A DNA stretch of 64,000 nt from an uncultured Desulfatitalea sp. (GCA_963668675.2 CAXXMB010000002.1:1856001-1920000); one strand, 5' to 3'. Positions 1-10,246 are shown, counted from the first letter of the stretch. Numbers and translations: made by a program. Notes: a model not told the origin generated them from the sequence alone.

Positions 1-54
1 GAGCGATCCCCACGATCAGGCCGATGCGGCTTTTGAAAAAAGCCAGGAGTAGAA

Positions 55-750
55 TCAGCCGGAGCCGCCCAACTTGCGCCGCAAATCGGCGATATGCCTG
101 GCGGGATAGACCTGGGTCGGGCAGACCCGGCTGCAGTTCAGGGCGCGTTCGCACAGACGCTCGCCCCGGTCACTGCCGGCGGTGTTGAGCAGTGCTTCTC
201 GCCGGTCGGCGGACGCCTTGGCCATCTCATTGTTCAAAGCGGCCAGGGCAGCCGGTCCCATGAAATCGGCATGGCGGTGGGCGGCCGGGCAAGACGAGAC
301 GCAGCATCCGCACTCGATGCAATCCTCCAACCGCAGGGGCGGGTTGTCTTCCCGATGGGCCACGCCTTCCATCGGCTCGGACGGTCTGAGCAGCGACCAC
401 TCGGAGTCGATATCCCTATAAAAACCGGACATCTCCACGGTCAGATCACCCAGACGTTCGAACCCGCGCAAGGGCTCGAGGACTACGGTATCGCTCGCCA
501 GATCGAGTACCCTGGTCGTACAGGCCATGCGCTCGCTGCCGTTGATGCGCAAGGCACAGGTCCCGCATGCGCTGTGGTGACAGGAGTGACGATACATCAA
601 TGTCTCGTCCAGGGTAAGACGGATCTGCTCAAGGGCATCCAGTACACTCGTGGTTGCATCGACCTGCAGATGAAACGATTGAAATCGGGGTGGATCGATC
701 GCGCCGGGCTTGAAGCGTTCGATCCTGAACGTAATCGTCTGTTTCGGCAT
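55..750 (-). CDS. SdhB/FrdB-like iron-sulfur subunit (2Fe-2S, 4Fe-4S, 3Fe-4S)
   Basis: Motifs SCHHSACGTC..C, CIECGCCVSSCP and CERALNCSRVCP. ATG at 750 follows an AAGGAAG RBS; the ORF track start at 789 looks over-extended. No sdhA/C/D in the window. Confidence 0.85.
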   Translation of the reverse strand: MPKQTITFRIERFKPGAIDPPRFQSFHLQVDATTSVLDALEQIRLTLDETLMYRHSCHHSACGTCALRINGSERMACTTRVLDLASDTVVLEPLRGFERLGDLTVEMSGFYRDIDSEWSLLRPSEPMEGVAHREDNPPLRLEDCIECGCCVSSCPAAHRHADFMGPAALAALNNEMAKASADRREALLNTAGSDRGERLCERALNCSRVCPTQVYPARHIADLRRKLGGSG

Positions 751-781
751 GCTCAATCTTCCTTTGCGTCCCGGCAAGAAA

Positions 782-1954
782 TCATTCACGCCAATAGCTC
801 CGATAAGGCAGCAGCACCGTCTCCCGGGTCCGGCAGGGTATCTCGCGTCCGAGTTTGCGGCAGATCAGATCGGCGGTCAGCTCGGCCATGGCCCGCATGG
901 TGGTGGCCTTTCCGCCGATGAGGGTGACCAGCCCCTCCACCCCATCCCGCTCGGCATGGTCAAAGCAGTCGAAGGTGCGGCTGATGCCGAACGGATCCTT
1001 ATTGGGGCCGGCAACCAGCAGGGGCCGGCTGGCACTCCAGATCGCATGGGGCTGCAGGCCGGCGACCGCTGGCACCAGCTTCGCACAAAGCCCAAAGAGT
1101 CTTGCCACATGCTCTTCCGGCACCATCACCCGATCCGGGTCGTCGGCCAGCCAGGCCGTTGTGCCCAGAACGCTTAACCGGCGCTGAGGGACGATGATAT
1201 CGCCCTCTCCGGCCGGGTGCAAACGGTTGATCACCGCCTGGGTCAAGCGGCCACGCACCGATACCATCACGCCGGGCCCCGGTTGGATGGGCACCTCGAC
1301 CCCGGCCATGGCGGTGATGCGCCCGGCCCAGGGCCCAGCAGCGTTGACCACGAGGTCGGCAGCGATGGCTTCGCGCGCACCGGTGCGGTGGTCGATGACA
1401 CGCACTCCGCCGACCGTTCTGCCCGTCATCACCAGATCCGTAGCCTGGCAGAACGTGCGGATCGCAGCCCCGTTGGCCTTGGCCGTGGCAAAGAAGGGCA
1501 TGGCCAGCCGCCATGCATCGACGGCTGCGTCTGGCACCGACACAGCCGCGTTGAGTGATGGATTCAAGGCCGGCTCCCTGGCCAGCGCCTGGGCAGGCGT
1601 CAAGACCTGGGTCGGAATACCCGCATCCCGGCAGCCCACCATAAATTGGTTTTGGTGGGAGAGATCTTCATCGTCCAGGGCAACGAACAGCCCTCCGTTG
1701 GGTTCGATGGCCTGGGGCGCAATGCGTTTCAGGATGAGGTTCTCCTGGTAACATTCGCGGGCCGTCTCCACGTCGTTGAACGCATAGCGGCCGCCGCTGT
1801 GCAGTAGGCCGTGGTGCCGGCCGGTGGTGCCGGAGAGCAGCTCGCCCTTCTCCACCAGGGTGACCCGGAAACCACGCAGGGTGAGATCGTGGGCCAGCGC
1901 TCCGCCGACACCGCCACCGATGATGAGAATGTGTTCCAGATGGGTCTTGGTCAT
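782..1954 (-). CDS. FAD-dependent glycerol-3-phosphate dehydrogenase A-like protein, short form without the BFD domain
   Basis: IIGGGVGG Rossmann motif, GTTGRHHGLLHSGGRY, GGKATTMRAMAE and CRT. Ends at 390 aa, before the C-terminal CxCE domain seen in glpA. Confidence 0.85.
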   Translation of the reverse strand: MTKTHLEHILIIGGGVGGALAHDLTLRGFRVTLVEKGELLSGTTGRHHGLLHSGGRYAFNDVETARECYQENLILKRIAPQAIEPNGGLFVALDDEDLSHQNQFMVGCRDAGIPTQVLTPAQALAREPALNPSLNAAVSVPDAAVDAWRLAMPFFATAKANGAAIRTFCQATDLVMTGRTVGGVRVIDHRTGAREAIAADLVVNAAGPWAGRITAMAGVEVPIQPGPGVMVSVRGRLTQAVINRLHPAGEGDIIVPQRRLSVLGTTAWLADDPDRVMVPEEHVARLFGLCAKLVPAVAGLQPHAIWSASRPLLVAGPNKDPFGISRTFDCFDHAERDGVEGLVTLIGGKATTMRAMAELTADLICRKLGREIPCRTRETVLLPYRSYWRE

Positions 1955-1981
1955 AGGGCCGCCTCTACGGCGATTGGCGTA

Positions 1982-3133
1982 TCACAACGCCTTTTCGATA
2001 ATAGCGGTGAGCGCTTCATCCGACAATCGCGCCGGATTGCCCTTCATGCTGCTGGCGGCTTTGGCCTTGACGACAAGCTCGGGAACCGCCTCGGCCGTCA
2101 GCCCCCAATGAGATAAGTTGGGGATGGAGAGTTGCTCGACCAACCGGTGCAGCCAGGCAACCAGATCGACAGTCGTGGCTTGTGCAGAGACCAGCAATCG
2201 GGCCACTTCAGCGTGTCTTGCCAAGGCGTCGCCTTGGGGTGCTTCCCTTTTCAGTGCAGCGACATTGGCTTCGACTACAAACGGCAGCAGTCGGGCACAC
2301 AAAGCGCCGTGGGGACCGGGAATCATACCCCCCAAAGGACCGGCGATGCCGTGGACGGCACCCAGACCGGCATTGGCCAGAGCGATACCGCTGAACAGGC
2401 TGGCCAGGGCCATATCGGTGCGGGCACCCAGCTCCTCACCGTGGGCAACCGCCCGGGTCAGGGCCTTGGCCGCGCGACCCAGCCCCTCCCGGCACAAACC
2501 GTCGGTGAGGGGATTGGCCTTGCCCGATACGAACGCCTCCAGCAGTTGCGTCAACGCGTCGCAGCCGGTGGCCGCTGTGATGTCGGGAGGCAGCGACAGG
2601 GTCAGCTCCGGATCCACCACCGCCATATCAGGGAGCATCCCGGAGCTGCGCAGGCTCACCTTGACGTTGTGCTTGACGCTTTTGAGCACGGCGTTGCGGG
2701 TCACCTCACTCCCGGTGCCGGCCGTGGTGGGAATGGCGATGCAGGGCAGTGGTTCACGCTCCAGGGGTCGCCCCTCGCCAATCACCTCCAGGTAACGCTC
2801 GACCGGATCGCTATTGGTGACCAGGGCGGCGATGGCTTTGGCCGCATCCAGGGCGCTGCCGCCGCCGAACCCGATCACCAGGTCGCACTGTTGCTCCCGC
2901 GCCAGCTCGGCCCCAGCAACCACCTGCTCGATCTCCGGTTCACCCGACACACTAAACGAGCGCCAACTGATGCCCTGCCGGTTCAACGCTTTCCCCAGAT
3001 GCTCTGCCCGCTCCGGTTTTCGACCGGTCACCAGCAGTGCGTATCGGCCCAGACGAACTGCCGATGGAGCGACTTCGGACAGCTTTCCGGCTCCGAAAAT
3101 GATTTGGCCCGCCGTGGCAAATGAAAATGACAT
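1982..3133 (-). CDS. Iron-containing alcohol dehydrogenase
   Basis: GGGSALDAAK, IPTTAGTGSEVT, DALTQLLE, GAVHGIA and PHG motifs. ATG at 3133 lies just after the glpK stop. Confidence 0.9.
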   Translation of the reverse strand: MSFSFATAGQIIFGAGKLSEVAPSAVRLGRYALLVTGRKPERAEHLGKALNRQGISWRSFSVSGEPEIEQVVAGAELAREQQCDLVIGFGGGSALDAAKAIAALVTNSDPVERYLEVIGEGRPLEREPLPCIAIPTTAGTGSEVTRNAVLKSVKHNVKVSLRSSGMLPDMAVVDPELTLSLPPDITAATGCDALTQLLEAFVSGKANPLTDGLCREGLGRAAKALTRAVAHGEELGARTDMALASLFSGIALANAGLGAVHGIAGPLGGMIPGPHGALCARLLPFVVEANVAALKREAPQGDALARHAEVARLLVSAQATTVDLVAWLHRLVEQLSIPNLSHWGLTAEAVPELVVKAKAASSMKGNPARLSDEALTAIIEKAL

Positions 3134-3135
3134 GG

Positions 3136-4647
3136 CTAATCGATCCAGTTCAAGGTGCGTTCGATGGCCTTCTTCCAGCCGGAGACCCCCTTGGATCTCT
3201 CCCCGGCGGCCATCTGCGGCTGCCAGGTCTTGTCCACGGCCCAATTGCGTTTAAGCTCATCGAATCCGCCGACCAGACCGATGGCCAGGGCGGCGGCCGA
3301 TGCGGCGCCCAGAGCGGTGGTCTCGGTGATCTGGGGGCGCACCACCGGCACGCCAAGGATGTCAGACTGAAACTGCATCAACAGCTCGTTGGCCACCATG
3401 CCGCCATCCACCCGCAGGCTGCTCAGGGCGACCCCCGAATCCTTCTGCATCGCTTCGACCACATCAAGGGCCTGGTAGGCCACCGCCTCCAACACAGCCC
3501 GGGCGATGTGGTTGCGATTGATGTAGCGGGTGAGACCGACCATCACCCCCCGGGCATCCGATCGCCAATAGGGAGCATAGAGGCCCGAAAAGGCCGGCAC
3601 GATGTACATGCCCCCATTGTCCGCCACCTCGCGCGCCATCGGCTCGATATCGGCGGCATGATCGATGAATTTCAGGTTGTCCCGCAGCCACTGCACCAGG
3701 GCGCCGGCAATGGCGATGGAGCCCTCCAGGCAGTAGACCGGCTTCTCGCCGCGCAACTGATAGCCGACCGTGGTGAGCATGCCGTGTTTGCTATGCACGG
3801 CCTCGGTACCGGTGTTGAGCAGCAGAAAACAACCAGTACCGTATGTATTTTTGGCTTCGCCGATGTCAAAGCAGGCTTGTCCGACCACGGCGGCCTGCTG
3901 GTCGCCCAAAGCACCGCACACCGGCACCTCGGCGCCCAGGGGACCGTCGGCGCGGGTGGTGCCCCAGGTGTCGGAATCGATCGAGGGGACAATCCTGGGC
4001 AGGATGGCCGCCGGAATGCCGATGGCCTTCAAGATGTCGGGGTCCCAGGCCAGGGTATTGAGATCCATGAGCAGCGTGCGGCTGGCATTGGAGACATCGG
4101 TGACATGGGCGCCGCCGTCGGGACCGCCGGTGAGCCACCAGATGATCCAGGACTCGATGGTGCCCACCATCGCTTCTCCCGATTCGGCCGCTTTACGGGC
4201 CTCTTCGACATGTTCGAGAATCCAGCGCATTTTGGGGCCGGCAAAATAGGTGGAGACAGGCAGGCCGGTCTTGGCCCGGAAACGGTCCTGACCTCCCTCC
4301 TGGGAGAGCCTTTTGCAAATCTCATCGGTGCGCATGCACTGCCAGACGATGGCATTCATAAAGGGGCGGCCGGTTCGCCGCTCCCACATGACGGTGGTCT
4401 CGCGCTGGTTGGTGATGCCGATAGCCTTGATCTCCTTGCCGGTCAAACCGGTGTTGGCCAGTGCACCGCGCATCACCAATTCGGTGTTGTGCCATATCTC
4501 CATGGGATCGTGCTCGACCCATCCGGGCTGCGGAAATATCTGCTCATGCTCTTTCTGGTCAAGCCCGACGATTCGACCGCGCTCATCAAAGATGATGAAA
4601 CGGTTGCTGGTCGTTCCCAAATCGAGTGCACCGATGTAAGCTCCCAT
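3136..4647 (-). CDS. glpK: Glycerol kinase
   Basis: [38 protein letters not shown] and VDGG motifs; GGAGG RBS. Confidence 0.97.
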   Translation of the reverse strand: MGAYIGALDLGTTSNRFIIFDERGRIVGLDQKEHEQIFPQPGWVEHDPMEIWHNTELVMRGALANTGLTGKEIKAIGITNQRETTVMWERRTGRPFMNAIVWQCMRTDEICKRLSQEGGQDRFRAKTGLPVSTYFAGPKMRWILEHVEEARKAAESGEAMVGTIESWIIWWLTGGPDGGAHVTDVSNASRTLLMDLNTLAWDPDILKAIGIPAAILPRIVPSIDSDTWGTTRADGPLGAEVPVCGALGDQQAAVVGQACFDIGEAKNTYGTGCFLLLNTGTEAVHSKHGMLTTVGYQLRGEKPVYCLEGSIAIAGALVQWLRDNLKFIDHAADIEPMAREVADNGGMYIVPAFSGLYAPYWRSDARGVMVGLTRYINRNHIARAVLEAVAYQALDVVEAMQKDSGVALSSLRVDGGMVANELLMQFQSDILGVPVVRPQITETTALGAASAAALAIGLVGGFDELKRNWAVDKTWQPQMAAGERSKGVSGWKKAIERTLNWID

Positions 4648-4754
4648 GGTCCCTCCTTCGATAAAATAGGTCACCGTTTGCCAATGTCGTGAGAACCCGG
4701 CACCAGATGAACGATTGGCGCATTGCGGCAGCCCATTTAAATAGAACGTTCATC

Positions 4755-5600
4755 TCAAATCTGAAAACCCCTTTTTTCCAATGCCTCGCAGGGCAGCCCC
4801 AATGCGGTACCAAGCAGCTGCGGAAACAGGATGGCTGGCAGGTCGCGACATGACGCATCCTCCGGGAGATGTTCCAAGCGTACCGAACCGAATTGCAGTT
4901 GACAATAGGTACAGGCCGTGACCAGCGCCCTGGCACCCGATTCACGGGCATCGTTCAGTTTCCGCTGCATGAGCGACAGGGCCAACGCGTTGTTTTTCTC
5001 CCAAAGTGGGTAACCGCAACACTCCAGCCGCATCGGCCAAGACACGGCGGTCGCCCCGGCAACCTCCACCAACGATTCAAAAATGGTGGGTGCCAAGGGA
5101 TTGTCGAAGTGGGTGACATCACCGGGTCGCAGGGCGTGACAGCCATAATGGACCGCCACCGGGTAGCCTTGCAGGGGGTGTTTCACCGCCGCCTTCAGAC
5201 GCTCGAGCCCCAGGTCCTCTTTCAATGCGGTTAGCAGATGCCGGACAACGACCCCGTCGGACCAGTACAGCCCCTCTTTGGCCAGCAACTCAACTACCTG
5301 TTCACGCAGGGAAGCGCTGCGTTTCAACCAGTACTTGACCTGCATGAAGTTACCATAGCAGCATTTACAGGGCGTAAGTAGAGGCAACCCCCTTTGAGCC
5401 GCTACAGCCAGCACACGGGCCCCGGAAAACATGGCGGCCGTGAGGTCCACATCCCTCACCGGGTAGCCGCAACAGTTCAGCTCAGCATCCTTCAGGTCAA
5501 CCCCCAGTGCGGCCATTAAGGATCGCGTTGCATGGTCGTACTCGGGCAAAAAGGGGGTTATTTTGCATCCGGGGAAGTAGAGATAGCGCAAAGCGGTCAT
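4755..5600 (-). CDS. hdrB: Heterodisulfide reductase subunit B-like (two CCG domains)
   Basis: YFPGC..CCG..CKCC and HYGCHALRP..CCG..CTYCQLQF. Confidence 0.88.
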   Translation of the reverse strand: MTALRYLYFPGCKITPFLPEYDHATRSLMAALGVDLKDAELNCCGYPVRDVDLTAAMFSGARVLAVAAQRGLPLLTPCKCCYGNFMQVKYWLKRSASLREQVVELLAKEGLYWSDGVVVRHLLTALKEDLGLERLKAAVKHPLQGYPVAVHYGCHALRPGDVTHFDNPLAPTIFESLVEVAGATAVSWPMRLECCGYPLWEKNNALALSLMQRKLNDARESGARALVTACTYCQLQFGSVRLEHLPEDASCRDLPAILFPQLLGTALGLPCEALEKRGFQI

Positions 5601-5604
5601 GGGT

Positions 5605-7335
5605 TCAGATCTCCCTCCGTCCTGCCTTCCGGGCAGGTTCGGCATCGATACCGGGCGATACTGGCTGGACTGCCGGCGAGAGCCTCCGACAGGCTTCGTT
5701 GCGCAACTCATAGATCACATCGGCGACACGAACACCCTGGGGACAATGCTCCTGACATTTATAACACGTCACGCAATCCCACACCATGCGACTGCCGATG
5801 GCCGCCTCTTTGAGCTGCAGGCGCATCAAATTCATTATCTGCTGGGGCGTCAGCTCAAGATCACGTCGAGGATCTTTTGCCACAGCTACCACCGGACACA
5901 CATTGGTGCAGGTGGTGCACTGGACGCAGGCCCAAAAAGAGGCCGCATCATCACTTAACCGAGACACCGGCTTATGGTCCTCGCCGACGCCAACCGACCT
6001 CTCCGTACACGTCGACAGAATCTGCATCCACTCGGCAGCACCATGCCGATGCATCCAGTCGTAGGGCGGCCCATACCCTTTTCGGACCAGATCAGCTCTG
6101 GAGGCATGCCAAAGATCCTGCAAATCGATTCCCGATGGGCACCATGACGTACAGCGACCACAAGCTGTACAGATAAAACTGCCTTCGGCCAGGAGAACCT
6201 GGCCGGCGATATCGCTGCCACCCGCCGCATGGCCGCCAACGCTGTATAGCTTTTCGGAAGGCAGAATATCGGGATTGGAGAGAACCTGAAACACCGGTCC
6301 AACAGCGCAGTGCTGACTGCACACACCGCAATGAGTGCAGGCGTCGATGCCCATGGCGCGCCGAGCAGGCCGGTTGATCGGCCGATCGCTGGCAGCATTT
6401 CCCAAAGCTCGGCTGATCAATCCGAGCGGAGTGGTGATCAAATGCAGGAGTTTGGAAAAGGGCAGCAGAGCCAAAGCCAGACAGGCCAAAATAGAGTGGA
6501 GGTACCACAGAAAATCCTCCAGGCATATTCCATCGATCCAGGCGGCAAACGGCTTGAGGGAGAGCGCCACCGGATAGGAGAGAAAGGCGTAATTCGGACG
6601 TGAATGGCAGGCGGCACAATAGGTTTGATGCAATTCAAGGCCCTCGCCCAATTGCACAGGGTCTTCCGCGGACGGCATCGGAACAAATGCCACGTCGAAA
6701 TGAGCTGCCCAATAAGCCTTCAACGGAGCGATCTCTTCCGGATCATCGCTGCCCATATAGTCAGTCACCATACTGCCGAACAGGTTCGGCGAGATAATCC
6801 AGACCGCTTCCAGGGCCGTGCCGCTGAGTATGATAGCAGCCAGCACAACCAACAGCCAGCGATCCGCGGCTCGTCTGGTGCAACGCAAGGTGCTGTCTGT
6901 CCGGCGTCGTATGAGGGCGCCGACCATCCCTACCAGGACCAGCAGACCGAAGAGATGGCGCAGCAGCATAAAAGGATTACGTGTGGAGGCGTACTCTGAA
7001 AAAAGGCGGGCTGTTATCTCATCGTCAAACACATGCATCAGAAGCAATAAAAGCATACCGTAGAAAAGGAACATGTGCATAAGCCAGCGCCCCGGGCTCT
7101 GCTTCAGGATATGCAGCTGAAGGATCACCTCCGTCAGCAAGCTGCATGTCACCGCCAAAAGCGCCCGCGGCCGCAGCAATGCCAGGGCCACTGCAGACAA
7201 CGCGCCTACAGCACGCTGGCGCAACGTAACACCTTCTGCCTCCGGCCCCACCCGCAAGCGCATCCAGCGGAAAATTCGGTAGCCGATCCCGGTCAGGCAA
7301 ACCAGCAGGGCACTATATGCCAAGTAGGTCATCAC
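5605..7335 (-). CDS. Membrane NarI/HdrE-type cytochrome b with a CxxCH insert, fused to two HdrC-like 2x[4Fe-4S] domains
   Basis: Hydrophobic helices with His residues (WLMH, LMH, WYLH, PFSKLLH); CAACH at 6604-6618; four CxxCxxCxxxC motifs. Confidence 0.82.
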   Translation of the reverse strand: MMTYLAYSALLVCLTGIGYRIFRWMRLRVGPEAEGVTLRQRAVGALSAVALALLRPRALLAVTCSLLTEVILQLHILKQSPGRWLMHMFLFYGMLLLLLMHVFDDEITARLFSEYASTRNPFMLLRHLFGLLVLVGMVGALIRRRTDSTLRCTRRAADRWLLVVLAAIILSGTALEAVWIISPNLFGSMVTDYMGSDDPEEIAPLKAYWAAHFDVAFVPMPSAEDPVQLGEGLELHQTYCAACHSRPNYAFLSYPVALSLKPFAAWIDGICLEDFLWYLHSILACLALALLPFSKLLHLITTPLGLISRALGNAASDRPINRPARRAMGIDACTHCGVCSQHCAVGPVFQVLSNPDILPSEKLYSVGGHAAGGSDIAGQVLLAEGSFICTACGRCTSWCPSGIDLQDLWHASRADLVRKGYGPPYDWMHRHGAAEWMQILSTCTERSVGVGEDHKPVSRLSDDAASFWACVQCTTCTNVCPVVAVAKDPRRDLELTPQQIMNLMRLQLKEAAIGSRMVWDCVTCYKCQEHCPQGVRVADVIYELRNEACRRLSPAVQPVSPGIDAEPARKAGRREI

Positions 7336-7348
7336 CGGCGCCTTCCCT

Positions 7349-8632
7349 TTACTTTAACAGGTGCACACAGGACCGGACAGCCGCTGCCGCCGTTGCTATG
7401 GCCAGGCCGCTGCCGCATTTCTGGCGGATCCAATCCTGGTGGGCCAGAATCGAACCGGCGGCAAAAAGGTTGGGAAATACCGGACGGCCGTTGGCATCGA
7501 CCGGGCGAAACTGGCTGTCGACAGCAATACCGGCCCGATTGATCGGATGGCCCTGGGGATGCAGAAGATCCCTATGGTGCCAGGTGGTCCGATCCGCAGG
7601 CTGTAGAACGGGCAGATCGAAGATGGTCTCCCGAATGCCGTGGCGGTCGGCCTTCAACCCTTTACCGAAGAATCGCCCGCTGCATAGGATAACGCTTCGG
7701 GCAACCACATCAACAGCGTCATCGGTGGTTCCGATCTCCAAGTGCCACTGCCCGCCGGCCAACCGCTTTGCGCATAACACCCGCTTCTGGAACAGGGGGC
7801 GGATACCCAGAGCGGGCAGGCGCTGCTCGAAAAGCTCGCGCAGCCGCAGACCAGCCACCCCCGGCACCATGGTGGGGACTTCAAATATCGGAACGCCTAT
7901 CCCCTGCTGCAACGCATCGATCGCTTGCACAGTACGGTACATGCCGAGCACCGCCGGCAGGCCCACAACGCTCGCCGTTCCCAAATGAGGCCGAATAGCG
8001 GCAACAAGCTTTTCGCGGACAAAACTTGTATCGAGGGCCCTTGCCATATGTTCTGTGTACAATTCACCCGAGGCATCCGGGAAAGCGACACGAACCGGCC
8101 GTAACCCCGGCCAGATGTCGCCCATGCTTTCGGCCATCTGCCGGGCGCTGTAACCTTTCAGCCCCTCGAAATCCACCAGCAGACACTCGGAACGCTCAGC
8201 CAGAGCCCGCGCCCCCTGGCGCATGGTGTGCGGTAATGCATAGGTGGATTTCACTGTGCCCACCGGCGTCATCACCGCCTGGTTGCGTTCGCCGAGCGCC
8301 ACATGCGGGTAACCGCTCTCTTTCAGAAAATCGAGCACCGTTTGAACCGCCGTGCGAATATCTGCAGCGCCGATATGGGCATAGGGATGCAACGGTTCAT
8401 CCCTGACAAGGCGGGCAATGCCCTCCCATGGATCTTCCAGTACGGTCCCCTCTTCCACCGGATGCACCCCGAGCAGATCCAGCATACCACTGGCAAAGCC
8501 GATCTCTCCGGTCAGCCCCACCTGCACCGCATCGACACCCGCTTGCACGGCAAAGAGGCTGGCCGCCATCCCGGCCATGCCGGTGCCGATTACCAGGAGA
8601 TCACAACTGATCTTTTCTCTGAGCGAACTCAT
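7349..8632 (-). CDS. glpB: Anaerobic glycerol-3-phosphate dehydrogenase subunit B
   Basis: VIGTGMAG, FEVPTMVPGVAGLRL, SGRFFGKGL, NLFAAGSIL..QKCGSGLAIAT; directly downstream of glpA. Confidence 0.93.
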   Translation of the reverse strand: MSSLREKISCDLLVIGTGMAGMAASLFAVQAGVDAVQVGLTGEIGFASGMLDLLGVHPVEEGTVLEDPWEGIARLVRDEPLHPYAHIGAADIRTAVQTVLDFLKESGYPHVALGERNQAVMTPVGTVKSTYALPHTMRQGARALAERSECLLVDFEGLKGYSARQMAESMGDIWPGLRPVRVAFPDASGELYTEHMARALDTSFVREKLVAAIRPHLGTASVVGLPAVLGMYRTVQAIDALQQGIGVPIFEVPTMVPGVAGLRLRELFEQRLPALGIRPLFQKRVLCAKRLAGGQWHLEIGTTDDAVDVVARSVILCSGRFFGKGLKADRHGIRETIFDLPVLQPADRTTWHHRDLLHPQGHPINRAGIAVDSQFRPVDANGRPVFPNLFAAGSILAHQDWIRQKCGSGLAIATAAAAVRSCVHLLK

Positions 8633-8659
8633 GGACCCTACCTATTATTACAGGATGCA

Positions 8660-10246
8660 CTACCGTTCTGGATAAGCATCGTCTCTGTTTTCCAGCTCCA
8701 GTCCGAACAGGCCGCAGTGCATGGCCTCCAACAGTTCGGCCTGGGCCAGGGGCAGATCCCATAGCAGCGGTTGCTGCCCACGCCAGCGCTCTCTTAAAAA
8801 CGAGCGCAGTTGCGAAATCCCCCGTCGCCCTCGGACATGCTGCCGGTCATAGAGATAAGCGGCCAACCGCTGGCTGCAGAACGCCCCCTGGCAGGGGCCT
8901 TTACCGATACGGCTGCGCAGGCCGATGGACTTCAAGCTGGGACGCCCGTCAAGCATCCGGACGCGATTCGCAATCTCTTCAACCACACTTTGGGGAACCA
9001 TCTCACACTCGCAAAGCAGAACATCGCCGGGCACGTTTTGGCGAAGCCAGACATTGGGAGCCAAACCGGGTTCGGTCCAGCGAGCATCGACCGTGTCAGG
9101 CAACGGTTCCAGATGGGTTCGGCAGGCAGCCTCTACCCCCAGCCGAGCGCACACCAAATTGGCCGTCTTTTCAGCCATCAGGCGGTAGGTCGTCAATTTA
9201 CCACTGGTAATGGTAATAAAATTGGTCGGCCCCCCCTGCTCCTTGGCATGATCGATCAGCGCGAACCCGCGGCTCACTGTCCGGTCGCTATCGCCGGCTG
9301 ATGTCTGAACGCCGCCCAACAGGGGACGTACACCGCAATAGGCGCGAATGTATCGGGTCGTGGCCAGTTCGGGGATCATGGCAGCCCCCTGGTCGATGAT
9401 GGCGTCCACCTCGTGCACTTCGGGATAGATCACATCCGGCGAGTCCACGCGCTCCGAGGTGGTTCCCAAAATTGAAACAGTACCTCCAGGCACTAGGATA
9501 TCGCCATCGGTCGGCGGACGCAGGCGATTGATCACCCGTGCCGCCAATCGGTTCTGGGTGACGAGCAGGCTCCCTTTGGAATAGCGCATCTCTATGGGAA
9601 CCCCGGCCAGAGCGGCCACCTCTCCTGCCCACGAGCCGGAGGCATTGACAACGACCTCGGCTTCGATCGATTCGGTCTTGCCCGTTACCCGATCGACGAC
9701 GGTCGTCCGGCAAATGCGTCCTTGATCGACCTCAAAAGCGGTCACCTGACAATAGCGTCTCAATTGAGCACCCCTGCCACTTGCATCAGCCATGTTGTCC
9801 AGTGAAAGCTTGAACGGGTCGATGGTGGCATCATCGAGCGCATAGGCCGCGATGACTTTGTCCGAAAGGGTCGGCTCCATCTCCCGTACCTCTGTCAGAT
9901 CGAGCAATTGGAGCGGGATATGGCTCTTCCGGCACATCGCCGGAAAATCGGCAATATAGTTTTCATCATCGCCGGCCACGGCCACGAAAAGGCCGCCTGT
10001 TGATTCGATGGTATGGGGGGCAAGCTTTTTGAGGATCTGGTTTTCGATGTGGCACTCGGTCGCCGCCGCCGGATCCGACGATATGTAGCGGGCGCCGCTG
10101 TGAAGCAAACCGTGGTTGCCGCCGGAGGCCCCGGCATTGACGTCCTTCTTTTCGACAACGACACTGCTGACGCCTCTCAAGGAGAGGTCTCGCGCCAAGC
10201 CGGTTCCGGTGACACCAGCACCGATAATGAGCACTTGGGTTTGCAT
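8660..10246 (-). CDS. glpA: Anaerobic glycerol-3-phosphate dehydrogenase subunit A
   Basis: IIGAGVTG, GASGGNHGLLHSGARY, GKLTTYRLMAE, and a BFD-like domain (LCECE..GPCQGAFC). Confidence 0.95.
   Translation of the reverse strand: MQTQVLIIGAGVTGTGLARDLSLRGVSSVVVEKKDVNAGASGGNHGLLHSGARYISSDPAAATECHIENQILKKLAPHTIESTGGLFVAVAGDDENYIADFPAMCRKSHIPLQLLDLTEVREMEPTLSDKVIAAYALDDATIDPFKLSLDNMADASGRGAQLRRYCQVTAFEVDQGRICRTTVVDRVTGKTESIEAEVVVNASGSWAGEVAALAGVPIEMRYSKGSLLVTQNRLAARVINRLRPPTDGDILVPGGTVSILGTTSERVDSPDVIYPEVHEVDAIIDQGAAMIPELATTRYIRAYCGVRPLLGGVQTSAGDSDRTVSRGFALIDHAKEQGGPTNFITITSGKLTTYRLMAEKTANLVCARLGVEAACRTHLEPLPDTVDARWTEPGLAPNVWLRQNVPGDVLLCECEMVPQSVVEEIANRVRMLDGRPSLKSIGLRSRIGKGPCQGAFCSQRLAAYLYDRQHVRGRRGISQLRSFLRERWRGQQPLLWDLPLAQAELLEAMHCGLFGLELENRDDAYPER

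Noticed and set aside
1..52. 3' end of a convergent + strand gene
   Set aside because: A frame is open to TAG at 50-52 but is too short to identify.
55..750. Succinate dehydrogenase operon
   Set aside because: There is no flavoprotein or anchor subunit, and the gene is the last of the glycerol operon, so sdhB was not assigned as a symbol.
3121..4692. 523 aa antisense ORF, and similar ones such as 16515-17897, 39212-40498 and 43061-44374
   Set aside because: These are shadow frames opposite well-supported genes in GC-rich DNA and carry no motifs.
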